Source of the DNA: an uncultured Armatimonadia bacterium
GTDB taxonomy: Bacteria; Armatimonadota; Zipacnadia; Zipacnadales; VGFC01
Direction of reading: 5' to 3'
Length of the DNA: 64,000 nucleotides
Assembly (NCBI GenBank): GCA_964555935.1
Contig: CAZKUN010000013.1
Span: forward strand, 4,539-68,538
This document shows, in pieces, positions 28,118-37,611 of the stretch. The notes beneath the pieces were generated by a model. That model saw nothing but the letters and a program-made list of their open reading frames with translations. It was not told the origin of the DNA and did not search any database. Position 1 is the stretch's first letter; the number at the start of each line of letters is the position of its first letter. Made by a program: the position numbers and the translations under genes.

Positions 28118-30718
28118 GTGAACCTGCCTGGCATGACACGCACGCTTGGGTTCTCAATCGGTTTGGCCCTCCTCTCAGGCACCATCGTCGCGCAAGGAGA
28201 TGTGGTCCCGGTCGGCCCAGGGGCGGGCTGGGTCGAGGCGGTCACGGGCGCCTTGGAGGCGGGGGCGACCGTCCGCCTGCAGGCGGGGCGCTATGAACTG
28301 ACCGAGCCGATTCGGCTGACTCCCGAGCACTCCGGAACCATCGAAGCGGCGCCGGGCGCCGAGGCGATCGTCAGCGGCGGCGTCATCATCGATGGTTGGG
28401 AGATCGACGGCGACCGGTGGACCGTCACGCTGCCGGAGGTCGCGTCGGGCGACTGGCACTTCGCCCAGCTCTGGGCCAATGGCGAACGGCGGTACCGGCC
28501 GCGCTGGCCCGAGGATGGCTACAGCTACATCGCCAGGTCGGCTCCCTCGACGGAGGAGGGGCAAGGGCACGACCGGTTCCGCTTCGACGCGGGTGACATC
28601 CGCGCGGACTGGCAGAACCTCAACGATGTCGAGATGCTCATCTTCCACAGTTGGAGCATGTCGCGGATCCCGCTGGCGAGCGTCGATGAGGACCAGCGCG
28701 TGGTGACGCTGGCCGGGCGGACGTGGAACAGCCAGATCGGCGCGCTCGCCCCGAGAAAACGCTACATCGCCGAGAACGTGCTGGAGGCGCTGAACGAGCC
28801 CGGCGAGTGGTACCTCGACCGTGGCACGGGCCTGTTGACGTACATCCCGAAGCCCGGCGAGACACCCGACAACACGGAGATCATCGTCCCGCGGGCCGAG
28901 CAACTCGTAAGCATCGTCGGCGATCCGGAGATGGGGATGGCGGTCAGTGACATCACCATCAGGGGGATTACCTTCGAACACGCGAACGTCACCGTTCCCG
29001 AGACGGGCTACTGCGTCGCGCAGGCGGAGGTGGGCGCGCGAAGCACCAATGGCAAGAGCCCGTTTGGATCGGCGATTGAGCTGAGCGGCACGCGGGACTG
29101 CGTCATTGAGGGTTGCGTCGTCCGGCACGTGGGCTACTACGCGGTTGAGTTTGGCGTCTCATGCCACGAGAACGTGTTGGGGTTTTGTGAGGTGTGGGAC
29201 GGGGGGGGGGGGGGGGTGAAGCTCGGGACAGCCAATCGCTACCCCGAGGGCGATGGGCGGAATGCCGCGGGCAACGTGGTCGAGGACTGCGCGATGGCCC
29301 ATGGCGGGCGCATGCACCCGGCGGCAGTGGGCGTGTGGATCGGCAACTCGGGCGATAACCAGGTCATCCACAACGACATTCACGACTTCTACTACACGGG
29401 CGTCTCGGTCGGGTGGAACTGGAGCTGGGGCTACAGCCCGGCGAAGAATAACCTCGTCAGCCATAACCACATCTACGATATCGGCCAGCAACGATTGAGC
29501 GACCTCGGCGGGATCTACACGCTCGGCGAATCAGAGGGCACGGTGCTGAGTTACAACCGCATCCACGACGTGTCGCGCGTGGCGTATGGCGGCCTCGGCA
29601 TCTACCACGACCAGGCGACGATGGGTATTCTGAGTGAGAACAACATCGTGTATCGGACGCAAGACAGCGGCTTCAACGTTCACTGGGGCAAGGACAACAC
29701 CGTCCGGAACAACATCTTCGCGTTCGGCGAGACCAGCCAGATCAATCCCGGTCGCACGGACCTCACCGGACCGATTACGTTCGAGCGGAATCTCATCGTC
29801 TGGGACGGCGGATCGGTGCATCGGGCGCGGGGCATTCGGGATGATTTCGCCTCGGACAGAAACCTGTATTGGCCGGGCGCGGCGGATGGAGAGATGACCT
29901 TCGATGGTGATCTGTCGCTGGACGAGTGGCAGGATGCCGGACGGGACGTGAACTCCATCGTCGCCGATCCGGGCTGCGCTGACCCGGCGAATGGTGACTT
30001 CACCCTCAAGCCGAATTCACCCGCGCTGGACATCGGCTTCGAGCCGATTGACGCGAGCGAGATTGGTCGCCAGGCGGAGACGCGAGATGTCGGCGACGTG
30101 CCTCACGCGTTCCCCGTGGCGGGGCCGCCGCCGCCGAAGCCGATTGCCGAGGACTTCGAGTTTGAGACGGTTGGCGCGCCGGCGGGCGGAGCGAAGACCT
30201 TCGAGAACAACGAGGCGGAGACGGCCCGCATCAGCGACGAACAGGCGGCATCTGGGAAGCAATCGCTGAAGCTGATGGACGGACCGGGCGAGCCGACGTT
30301 TAACCCGCACGTCTACTATGTGCCGGGCTTTGATGATGGGATGCTGCGAGGGGCGTTTGACATCATGCTTGAGCCGGGGGCGATGCTCTCGCACGAGTGG
30401 CGCGACCGGTCGGCGCCGTACAAGGTCGGCGCATCGATCCGGATCGACGCGGATGGAATGCTCCTGGCGGGCCAGCAGGAGCTGATGCAGCTTCCGCACG
30501 GTGAGTGGATACATGTGGAGATCACGAGGGGTATGGGCGTAGAAGCAACGGCGACGTTTGAGCTGAGCGTGACCTTGCCGGGCGAAGCACCGCACGTGTT
30601 CGAGGGTCTTCCATCGGATCCCGAGTGCACCGAACTGCATTGGCTGGGATGGGTGGCGGGGGCGGTGGCGCCGGTGGCGATCTACATCGACAACATCATG
30701 CTGGCACCCGCTGAGTGA
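28118..30718 (+). CDS. Secreted right-handed parallel beta-helix repeat protein (pectin-lyase fold) with C-terminal beta-sandwich domain
   Basis: Signal peptide present. Repeated NxxxN/asparagine-ladder segments are seen (NNIFAF, HNDIHDF, NHIYDIG, NRIHDV). The coding sequence contains an in-frame G16 tract (VWDGGGGGVKLG). Confidence 0.8.
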   Translation: MNLPGMTRTLGFSIGLALLSGTIVAQGDVVPVGPGAGWVEAVTGALEAGATVRLQAGRYELTEPIRLTPEHSGTIEAAPGAEAIVSGGVIIDGWEIDGDRWTVTLPEVASGDWHFAQLWANGERRYRPRWPEDGYSYIARSAPSTEEGQGHDRFRFDAGDIRADWQNLNDVEMLIFHSWSMSRIPLASVDEDQRVVTLAGRTWNSQIGALAPRKRYIAENVLEALNEPGEWYLDRGTGLLTYIPKPGETPDNTEIIVPRAEQLVSIVGDPEMGMAVSDITIRGITFEHANVTVPETGYCVAQAEVGARSTNGKSPFGSAIELSGTRDCVIEGCVVRHVGYYAVEFGVSCHENVLGFCEVWDGGGGGVKLGTANRYPEGDGRNAAGNVVEDCAMAHGGRMHPAAVGVWIGNSGDNQVIHNDIHDFYYTGVSVGWNWSWGYSPAKNNLVSHNHIYDIGQQRLSDLGGIYTLGESEGTVLSYNRIHDVSRVAYGGLGIYHDQATMGILSENNIVYRTQDSGFNVHWGKDNTVRNNIFAFGETSQINPGRTDLTGPITFERNLIVWDGGSVHRARGIRDDFASDRNLYWPGAADGEMTFDGDLSLDEWQDAGRDVNSIVADPGCADPANGDFTLKPNSPALDIGFEPIDASEIGRQAETRDVGDVPHAFPVAGPPPPKPIAEDFEFETVGAPAGGAKTFENNEAETARISDEQAASGKQSLKLMDGPGEPTFNPHVYYVPGFDDGMLRGAFDIMLEPGAMLSHEWRDRSAPYKVGASIRIDADGMLLAGQQELMQLPHGEWIHVEITRGMGVEATATFELSVTLPGEAPHVFEGLPSDPECTELHWLGWVAGAVAPVAIYIDNIMLAPAE
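29201..29216 (+). repeat. Homopolymeric G16 tract inside the beta-helix CDS (encodes Gly5)
   Basis: Read directly: gac gggggggggggggggg tgaag. Confidence 0.9.
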
Positions 30719-30728
30719 GGAGCGAAGC

Positions 30729-31523
30729 ATGTCCACATTGACCACGTGCCTGATGTTGGCGCTCGCGCTGACCGCGCAGTCGATCGGGCAGCCTCCGGGA
30801 CCCGAGCAATGGGAGCCTCTGCCGGAACTCACCGATGAGTTCGATGGCGACGAGCTGGACGTGACGAAATGGCATGACCACAACCCGGGCTGGAAGGGCC
30901 GACAGCCAGCGTTCTTCGCCCCCGAGAACGTGACGGTCAGCGACGGGAGCATGCATGTTGCGGCCAAACGGGAGGACCGCGAAGGGCTTCCCGAGGGGTA
31001 TCACACATTCACGACGGGCGCGGTGCAGAGCACGGTGCTCGTGAAGTACGGGTATTTCGAGGTGCGGTGCAAGGCCGGACATTCGCGGGCGTCGGCGGCG
31101 TTCTGGTTCTATGAGAACACGCCGCACATGTGGACGGAGATCGATGTCTTCGAGATCGGCGCGGGCGCGCCGGATCACGCGAAGAAGATGCACATGAACG
31201 TGCACGTGTTCCACACGCCGGTTGAGAAGAAGCACTGGGCCAAGGCGGGCGTCCACGAACATGCGGAGAACCTGTCTGAGGACTACCACGCGTATGGGCT
31301 GAAGTGGACGCCGAAGGCGATCGTGTTCTACTTCGACGGCGAGGAAGTTGGGCGTCGTGAGAACACGCACTGGCACCAGGCGCTGACGATGAACTTCGAT
31401 TGCGAGACGATGCCGACGTGGTTCGGACTGCCGGATGAGGCCAACCTTCCGGCGGCGTTCAGCACGGACTACGTTCGGGCGTGGAGGCTGGCGGGGGCGA
31501 CGGAGGTGCGGACGAGGGAGTAG
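30729..31523 (+). CDS. Glycoside hydrolase family 16 (secreted)
   Basis: Signal peptide present. The catalytic ExDxxE motif is WTEIDVFE. Size (264 aa) and beta-jellyroll W/F pattern fit GH16. Confidence 0.85.
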   Translation: MSTLTTCLMLALALTAQSIGQPPGPEQWEPLPELTDEFDGDELDVTKWHDHNPGWKGRQPAFFAPENVTVSDGSMHVAAKREDREGLPEGYHTFTTGAVQSTVLVKYGYFEVRCKAGHSRASAAFWFYENTPHMWTEIDVFEIGAGAPDHAKKMHMNVHVFHTPVEKKHWAKAGVHEHAENLSEDYHAYGLKWTPKAIVFYFDGEEVGRRENTHWHQALTMNFDCETMPTWFGLPDEANLPAAFSTDYVRAWRLAGATEVRTRE

Positions 31524-31545
31524 GGGTGGGTGGACGGCGACGGCC

Positions 31546-31585
31546 GACGGGCTGGAAGCCCGTCGCTACGCGACGGCGGACGGCG
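31546..31585 (+). repeat. Copy of dispersed hairpin repeat (gacgggctggaagcccgtcgctacgcgacggcggacggcgg)
   Basis: Same architecture as 27977..28025 (hairpin + tcgctacgcg tail). It lies in the GH16-GRE intergenic region, upstream of the reassigned GRE start. Confidence 0.75.
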
Positions 31586-31603
31586 GTGAAGGCGAGGGAA
31601 GAG

Positions 31604-33757
31604 ATGGCGACAGTCGATACTGATTTGCGCGTGCGGACGGAAGCTACAGAGCGGGTCGGCAGGCTTCGAGAGGGAGCCTTGGAGAACCCGCCCGCGAACT
31701 GGCAGGCGGCGCTTCATGGCACGGAGTCGATGATGGCCTCCGTGGGGGAGACGTGGTGGGTCGCGCGGCGCGGCCGGCGGGTGGCGGACATCCTCCGGAA
31801 CATGGAGCCCGAGATCGGCCCGGATGACCCCATCGTGGGCCGGACGCCGGCCCGGCCGCCCACTGAGGCGGAGTCAGAGCGGCTGGCCAAGGCGCACGCG
31901 TTCAACCAGACGCAACCGGCGGCGGGCGGGCAGTCGGGTCACATGTCGCCGGATTTCGACACGCTGCTTGCGCTCGGGTGCCGGGGCGTGCAGGCGCGGA
32001 TCGACGCGATTGTGGGCGGGCTCGCCCCGTCCGACCCGGAGGCGACGGAGCGGCTGGCGTTCTACCGAGGCGCGCGCGAGGCGCTGGATGGCCTGTGCGA
32101 CTTCGCGGCGCGCCATGCTGATGAAGCGGAGCGGCTGGCGGCGGAGGCGGATGGCGCTCGCGCCGACGAGTTGCGGGAGATCGCGGCCGTCTGCCGGCGC
32201 GTGCCCGCGCAACCGGCCGAGACGTTCCACGAGGCGCTGCAAGCCGCGCACTTCCTGATCTACGCGCTGAACATGGCGGACGGAACCGGCCTCTCATCGC
32301 CCGGCAGCGTGGATCGCTGGGCCGCCTCGCATCTGCAGGCTGATCTAGAGTCGGGACGCATCACGCGCGAGCGGGCGCAAGAACTGCTGGATTGCTTCTT
32401 CCTGACATTCAACGCGTACATCGGCAAGGGCCTGGCGATTGGCCTGCTGATCGGTGGACGCGACGCCGACGGCGAGGACGTCAGCAACGAGCTGACGTGG
32501 ATGGTGCTGCACGCGATCGACCACACGCGGCTGAGCTACCCCGGCGCGGGCTTGCGCGTTCACGCCGGCACCGATCCCGGGCTGATCGACCTCTCGCTCG
32601 AGATCCTGGCTGAGGGCACGAGCCACCCGGCGCTGTTCAATGACGAGGTCATCACGGCGTCGCTACGGCAAATGGGCCTGCCACCGGAGGACGCCTGTGA
32701 CTACATGAACTCGACGTGTGTTGAGATCACGCCGTCGGGGAAGAGCAACGTCTGGGTCGCGAGCCCGTACTACAATCTCCCGCAGGTGCTGCTCGATATT
32801 GTCGGTGATGTCGCGTGCGGAGTAGTTGGTGAGCCGGGCACGCTGGACGAGATCATCGAGGAGTTCTCCGGCAGGTTGGCTGAGCAAATATCGTCGGGCG
32901 TCGCCGAGCAGAACCGCTTGAGGCACTCGTGCATGGCGCACCGCAACTTCCCGCTGGCGTCGTGCTTTGTCAGCGATTGCATCGAGCGCGGCCTCGACAT
33001 CGACCAAGGCGGCGCGCGCTACAACTGGGTCGAGTGCAGCTTCGTCGGGCTGGCGACGGCGGCTGATAGCCTGGAGGCGGTGCGAGAGTTCGTCATTGGC
33101 GGCGCGCTGACGTGGGCCGAACTGCGCGCCATGATGGAGGCGAACTTCGAGGGACATGAGGCCTGGCGACAGAGGCTCCTGAACGAGCCGGCGAAGTATG
33201 GGAATGGCGAGGCTGGGGTGGATGGGATCGCAGCGAGGTTGATGGAGGTCGCGGTGGGCCACTGTCGCAGACACCGCGTGGTGCTGGGTGGGACGTACGA
33301 GCCAGGGCTTTTTGCGTGGATCATGCACGGGGAATTGGGTAAGGACACGGGCGCGACGCCCGACGGTCGGACGGCAGGCGAGTGCCTCAGCCCTGGCCCG
33401 GACCCGATGCCCGGACGAGCGACGAATGGTCCCACGGCGGCGACGTTGTCGGTAACGAGCTTCGACCACCAGCCGCTGATCGGCGGCGTGGCGTTCAACC
33501 TGAAGTTCTCGCCCGCGACACTGGCCAAACCCGAGCAACGCAAGAAGCTGGCGGCGCTCGTGCAGACCTACTTCGACCGGGGCGGCTTCCAGACACAGGT
33601 CAACGCTGTATCCGCCGAGACGCTTCGCGACGCTCGCGAGAACCCGGAGCAGCACGCGGATCTCTTGGTGCGCGTGGCGGGGTACTCGGACTACTTCGTC
33701 AACATGACGCCGCTCATGCAAGATGAGTTGATCGGGAGGACGGAGTCGGAGTTGTAG
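31604..33757 (+). CDS. Glycyl radical enzyme (PFL-like superfamily, 1,2-eliminase/dehydratase-type)
   Basis: C-terminal glycyl-radical motif VRVAGYSDYFVNMTP. Cys loop NSTCVEITPSG with the Cys-Val-Glu typical of non-PFL GREs. 717 aa from the ATG at 31604. The upstream part of track ORF 31481 is a repeat element. Confidence 0.85.
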   Translation: MATVDTDLRVRTEATERVGRLREGALENPPANWQAALHGTESMMASVGETWWVARRGRRVADILRNMEPEIGPDDPIVGRTPARPPTEAESERLAKAHAFNQTQPAAGGQSGHMSPDFDTLLALGCRGVQARIDAIVGGLAPSDPEATERLAFYRGAREALDGLCDFAARHADEAERLAAEADGARADELREIAAVCRRVPAQPAETFHEALQAAHFLIYALNMADGTGLSSPGSVDRWAASHLQADLESGRITRERAQELLDCFFLTFNAYIGKGLAIGLLIGGRDADGEDVSNELTWMVLHAIDHTRLSYPGAGLRVHAGTDPGLIDLSLEILAEGTSHPALFNDEVITASLRQMGLPPEDACDYMNSTCVEITPSGKSNVWVASPYYNLPQVLLDIVGDVACGVVGEPGTLDEIIEEFSGRLAEQISSGVAEQNRLRHSCMAHRNFPLASCFVSDCIERGLDIDQGGARYNWVECSFVGLATAADSLEAVREFVIGGALTWAELRAMMEANFEGHEAWRQRLLNEPAKYGNGEAGVDGIAARLMEVAVGHCRRHRVVLGGTYEPGLFAWIMHGELGKDTGATPDGRTAGECLSPGPDPMPGRATNGPTAATLSVTSFDHQPLIGGVAFNLKFSPATLAKPEQRKKLAALVQTYFDRGGFQTQVNAVSAETLRDARENPEQHADLLVRVAGYSDYFVNMTPLMQDELIGRTESEL

Positions 33758-33764
33758 GACGGCA

Positions 33765-33797
33765 GGGCGCGATAAATCGCGCCCCTACGATTGGCGG
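33765..33797 (+). repeat. Copy of dispersed hairpin repeat (gggcgcgat-aaa-tcgcgccc + ctacgattggcgg)
   Basis: Hairpin + CTAC..GGCGG tail. It overlaps the stop codon of the convergent sulfatase gene. Confidence 0.7.
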
Positions 33798-35041
33798 GGC
33801 GGGACGGCGAGTTCGGCGTCGAGGCCGGCGTCGGATTGCTGGGCCATCCAGTCATCGAGGAGGGCGCGGAGGGCGGTGAGCGCGTGGGTGGGGTCGTCGG
33901 CGAGGTTGGTTAGCTCCCACGGGTCGGCGCGAAGGTCGTAGAGTTCCTCAGCCGGGCGCCGTTGGTGCAGCGCCACGCGTTGCGCTGCAAAGTCGTCCGA
34001 CTTTGCCTTCTCCACCCATGATCGACAGAGCCGACCGTCCTCGTGTGGATTGCCCTCCGGGGGGTGGGTCATGATGTTCGTGAACTCGCCACCATGGTTG
34101 AGGTTGCGGATGTACTTGTGGGTCTCCGTGCGGACGGAACGGATGGGGAACACTGAGCCTGCGATGATCCCGTTCGTCGTGTGGGCGCCGTAGATGACGT
34201 CGCGGTGCGTGTCCGCATCGCCCAAGAGCACGGGCAAGATGCTCCGGCCGTCGATATCGGTCGGAGGATCGCCGCCCGCGATCTCGATGCACGTCGGCAC
34301 TACGTCGGCGAAGCTGACCATGGCGTCGGTGATGCTGCCCGGCGCGATTCTCCCGGGCCAGCGCGCGATGAAGGGCACGCGAAGTCCGGCCTCGTAGCAG
34401 GACCACTTGGCGAAGATCCCGTAACCGTGATCGCTCGCGTAGATGAAGAGCGTGTCGTCAGTCAGACCTCGCCGGTCGAGGGCTGAGAGCGCCTCGCCGA
34501 CCTCGCGGTCGCACTTCTCGATGTCGGTGTAGTAGTCGGCTTGCGTCTGGCGCATCTCGGGGGTGTCGACCTGGAACGGGTGGATCGGCACCTCGTCAGG
34601 GGAGAAGCCACCACCCTCGTGGGGCGTGTGAGGCTGGTTGGATGCGATGACGAGGCAGAACGGATCCCCCCCCGCATCATCGAGGAAACCAGGCACGTCA
34701 CGTTGGGCGATGTACTCGAAGGGGAACGCGGAGGCCGGCGCGATGTGGCGTTTTTCAGCGAGCGCGACGCGGTAATCGAGAGGTTGGAGGTAGTGAGGCA
34801 ATGACCGCGTGCCATCGAACACGCGGCCATGATTCATGTGGCAACCGTTTCGGTGGGGGAAGAGCCCGGTGTACATGCACGATCGGCTCGGCGCGCACAT
34901 GGCGGTCGGCGTGAAGGCGCGATTGAACATCATGCCATCGGATGCCAGAGAGTCGATGTTAGGCGTGCGGATGCTTTCGTTGCCGTAGCACCCGGTGTCA
35001 GATGTGCTGTGATCGTCCGACAGGAAGATGACGATGTTCAT
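33785..35041 (-). CDS. Cys-type (formylglycine) sulfatase, no signal peptide
   Basis: Signature MCAPSRSCMYTG (CxPSR), N-terminal IVIFLSDDH, and YASDHG motifs. Confidence 0.85.
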   Translation of the reverse strand: MNIVIFLSDDHSTSDTGCYGNESIRTPNIDSLASDGMMFNRAFTPTAMCAPSRSCMYTGLFPHRNGCHMNHGRVFDGTRSLPHYLQPLDYRVALAEKRHIAPASAFPFEYIAQRDVPGFLDDAGGDPFCLVIASNQPHTPHEGGGFSPDEVPIHPFQVDTPEMRQTQADYYTDIEKCDREVGEALSALDRRGLTDDTLFIYASDHGYGIFAKWSCYEAGLRVPFIARWPGRIAPGSITDAMVSFADVVPTCIEIAGGDPPTDIDGRSILPVLLGDADTHRDVIYGAHTTNGIIAGSVFPIRSVRTETHKYIRNLNHGGEFTNIMTHPPEGNPHEDGRLCRSWVEKAKSDDFAAQRVALHQRRPAEELYDLRADPWELTNLADDPTHALTALRALLDDWMAQQSDAGLDAELAVPPRQS

Positions 35042-35160
35042 GCGCGTCCTCTGAGGGGCAACTTCACGTGAGGCCGAGGCTGTACCTTCCGGAAAGGGCG
35101 AGGAAGCGGCGAACGAAGGGGGGAACTTGCCGGGAGAGAAGTGATCCTAAGGAGCTTGAG

Positions 35161-35988
35161 ATGGCTGAACTGAGTGATGAAGCGCGTGTGGGCGGGCCGA
35201 TTCCGTTGTATGAGGATGGTCCGCCGCCGGTTGATGACAGTCACTCGCCGGGGGAGGTCCCGACGATCGTGCCGTTTCCCGTGGACGCGGATGAATCGAC
35301 AGGAGCAGTGGTCGTGTGTCCCGGCGGCGGCTACGGGGGGCGCGCCGACCATGAGGGTGAGCCGATCGCGCGGATGCTGAACGAGCATGGCATTGCGGGA
35401 TTCGTCTGTCACTACCGGGTGGCCCCGTATAGGCACCCCGTGCCGCTGATGGATGCCTCGCGGGCGATCCGCTGGGTGCGACGCCATGCGGATGAATACA
35501 ATGTGAATCCGAAGCGAGTGGGAGTGCTGGGGTTCTCGGCGGGCGGGCACCTGGCGTCGACCGTGGCGACGCATTACGACGCGGGCGAGGCCCGGGCGGC
35601 TGACCCGGTCGAGCGCGAGGGATCGCGGCCGGACGCGGCGGTTCTTTGCTACCCAGTCATCTCGTTTGAGCCGCCGTTTCGGCATGTGGGCTCGATGAAC
35701 AACCTGCTGGGCGCGGACCCGCCGGATGGGCTGAGGCTGTCGCTATCGAACGAGTTGCAGGTGACGGAGGACACGCCGCCGACGTTCCTCTGGCACACGG
35801 CTGAGGACGCCGGCGTGCCGGTCGAGAACAGCCTGCTGTTCGCGAGCGCGCTGAGCGCAAAGGGCGTGCCGTTTGAGCTGCACGTGTACCCGCACGGCGC
35901 GCATGGGCTCGGCCTGGCGCCGGATGATCCGCACGTCGCGACATGGGCCAGGCTGTGTGGCGAGTGGCTGAAGGGACTGGGGTTCTGA
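35161..35988 (+). CDS. Alpha/beta-hydrolase fold esterase (carbohydrate esterase-like, Abhydrolase_3/BD-FAE type)
   Basis: Oxyanion-hole-like VCPGGGYGG, nucleophile elbow GFSAGGHL (GxSxG), and His near the C-terminus. The start is assigned to the internal ATG 35161 (MAELSDE). Confidence 0.75.
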   Translation: MAELSDEARVGGPIPLYEDGPPPVDDSHSPGEVPTIVPFPVDADESTGAVVVCPGGGYGGRADHEGEPIARMLNEHGIAGFVCHYRVAPYRHPVPLMDASRAIRWVRRHADEYNVNPKRVGVLGFSAGGHLASTVATHYDAGEARAADPVEREGSRPDAAVLCYPVISFEPPFRHVGSMNNLLGADPPDGLRLSLSNELQVTEDTPPTFLWHTAEDAGVPVENSLLFASALSAKGVPFELHVYPHGAHGLGLAPDDPHVATWARLCGEWLKGLGF

Positions 35989-37538
35989 TGGGAGGAGCAA
36001 TCGCAGCTGTCGTCATACTGGGACTGTGCGGCGGATCGCGCGCCGACGACCTGACGTTCACGCGCGAGCGGTCTGATGAGATGGCGGAGGCGACCCTGAA
36101 CGCTACTGATCTCTCGGAGGCGGAGGGCAATGATCTGGCGTGGGGGATGGGCTACGTGCTCAACGGGTACATGGAGTTGTATGAGGCGACGGGGGATCGC
36201 GATTACCTGCGGAAGGGCGTTGCGCTGGCCGACCAGATGCTGGCCGTGCGCGACGACAAGCTTGGACGCGAGGACTTTGCCGGTCGGTCGCTGCCGGTGT
36301 GGGGAGTTGGCGCCCAGTTCACCGTGGCAAGCGCGACGCTGAAGGATGTCGATGGACGGGACGCGGTTCTGCTGAGATCGATACGGTATGCCTACAACGA
36401 CCAGACGGTGGTGACCGTTGAGACCGGCTCAGAACCGGGGACGTGGAAGCTATCGCACGTGAACGAGCAGTGGAAAGAGCGCGCCACGCAGAGCTTCGAC
36501 AATCTGAGTCTTGACCCCGACTCGCCGAGGTACATTGAGACGGTCATCGCCCAGGTGGAGTACCATCCGGACATCGACTTCGAGCGGGATCTCGAAGAGA
36601 CGCCGTCGTTTCTGCTGATCGCGCTGGACCTGAGGCCGGATGCCACCGACAAGACGCTGGCGCCGGTCGACGACCTGAGGCTCGCTCCGCAGCGGGTGGC
36701 GTACGGGGGATACATCGGCCCGATCTGCGCGCCGATGATGCGGTTGGCGGCGGTGGTGATGAAGGACCGGGCGTTGCGGGAGGAGTTTGGCGAGGCTGCC
36801 AAGCGCTACAGCGATGCGTGTGAGGAGTCGTTCGCGTATTGGCAGGACTCGTGGCGGAACGGCCCCGGCAAGGGTGAGGGCTACTACCTCCTCGTGGCCA
36901 AGGGCGATCCGTTCTGGTGCGATGGCGTGGGCGCGCCGCTGAACTACCTCTGCGCGGCGGGGCAAGCGCTGATACACCTGTATGACGCGACGGGTAAGGC
37001 CAAGTATCGGCGCAAGGCGGCGCGGATTGCGCGGCTACTGAAGAGCCAGCTTGAGCTGAGTGAAGACGACACGTATACCTGGACCTACTGGTGGGGCGCG
37101 GCGGAAACTGGGTGGACGAAGGAGGACGACCTCAGCGTCTACACCCCCGCTTACCCCGGCGGCAAGTACATCGAGGACATCTCACACGGCGCCTGGGATG
37201 TCGAGCACGCGCTGCTCATGTATGAACACGGGCTCGTGTTCACTCGTGAGGACATGGAGCGGTTCGCGAACACGTTCACAGAGAACATCATCATGCCGGG
37301 CGAGGACCGCGTCGCGGATCGCGTCGACGGAAGCACGTACACCGAGGGCACGAATAACATCGCGGGCGGTCGGTGGATGGAACTGAGCGAGTTCGATCCC
37401 GCGATCTTCACGACGATGCGCGACATCTTCGAGGCGAACGGTTACCACAAAGGCGCGTATGGTCACCTCGCGGAGGTGTACGCGAGGCTGTACAAGTGGC
37501 AGGAGAGGCTCGCGGGTGAGGACGGCGGGAGTCAGTAG
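35988..37538 (+). CDS. Hypothetical secreted/lipoprotein, possibly (alpha/alpha)6-toroid polysaccharide-lyase/epimerase-like
   Basis: Start at 35988 overlaps the previous stop (TGATG). N-terminal hydrophobic segment MGGAIAAVVILGLCGG. W/Y-rich helical repeat pattern. No confident family assignment. Confidence 0.5.
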   Translation: MGGAIAAVVILGLCGGSRADDLTFTRERSDEMAEATLNATDLSEAEGNDLAWGMGYVLNGYMELYEATGDRDYLRKGVALADQMLAVRDDKLGREDFAGRSLPVWGVGAQFTVASATLKDVDGRDAVLLRSIRYAYNDQTVVTVETGSEPGTWKLSHVNEQWKERATQSFDNLSLDPDSPRYIETVIAQVEYHPDIDFERDLEETPSFLLIALDLRPDATDKTLAPVDDLRLAPQRVAYGGYIGPICAPMMRLAAVVMKDRALREEFGEAAKRYSDACEESFAYWQDSWRNGPGKGEGYYLLVAKGDPFWCDGVGAPLNYLCAAGQALIHLYDATGKAKYRRKAARIARLLKSQLELSEDDTYTWTYWWGAAETGWTKEDDLSVYTPAYPGGKYIEDISHGAWDVEHALLMYEHGLVFTREDMERFANTFTENIIMPGEDRVADRVDGSTYTEGTNNIAGGRWMELSEFDPAIFTTMRDIFEANGYHKGAYGHLAEVYARLYKWQERLAGEDGGSQ

Positions 37539-37611
37539 CCCGGAGTCCTGGGAATGACCGGAAACCACGAAGACACAGAGGGCGCTAAGGACGGCGAGAA
37601 ATGAGGGCAAC

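Noticed and set aside
30017-30967. 316-aa minus-strand ORF spanning the beta-helix/GH16 junction
   Set aside because: Overlaps two well-supported plus-strand genes. Composition Arg-rich, typical GC-shadow.
31481-31603. 41-aa N-terminal extension of the GRE ORF
   Set aside because: Gly/Arg-rich, overlaps a dispersed repeat copy and the end of the GH16 gene. The ATG at 31604 is preferred.
32663-33721. 352-aa minus-strand ORF
   Set aside because: Antisense to the glycyl radical enzyme gene. No recognisable domains.
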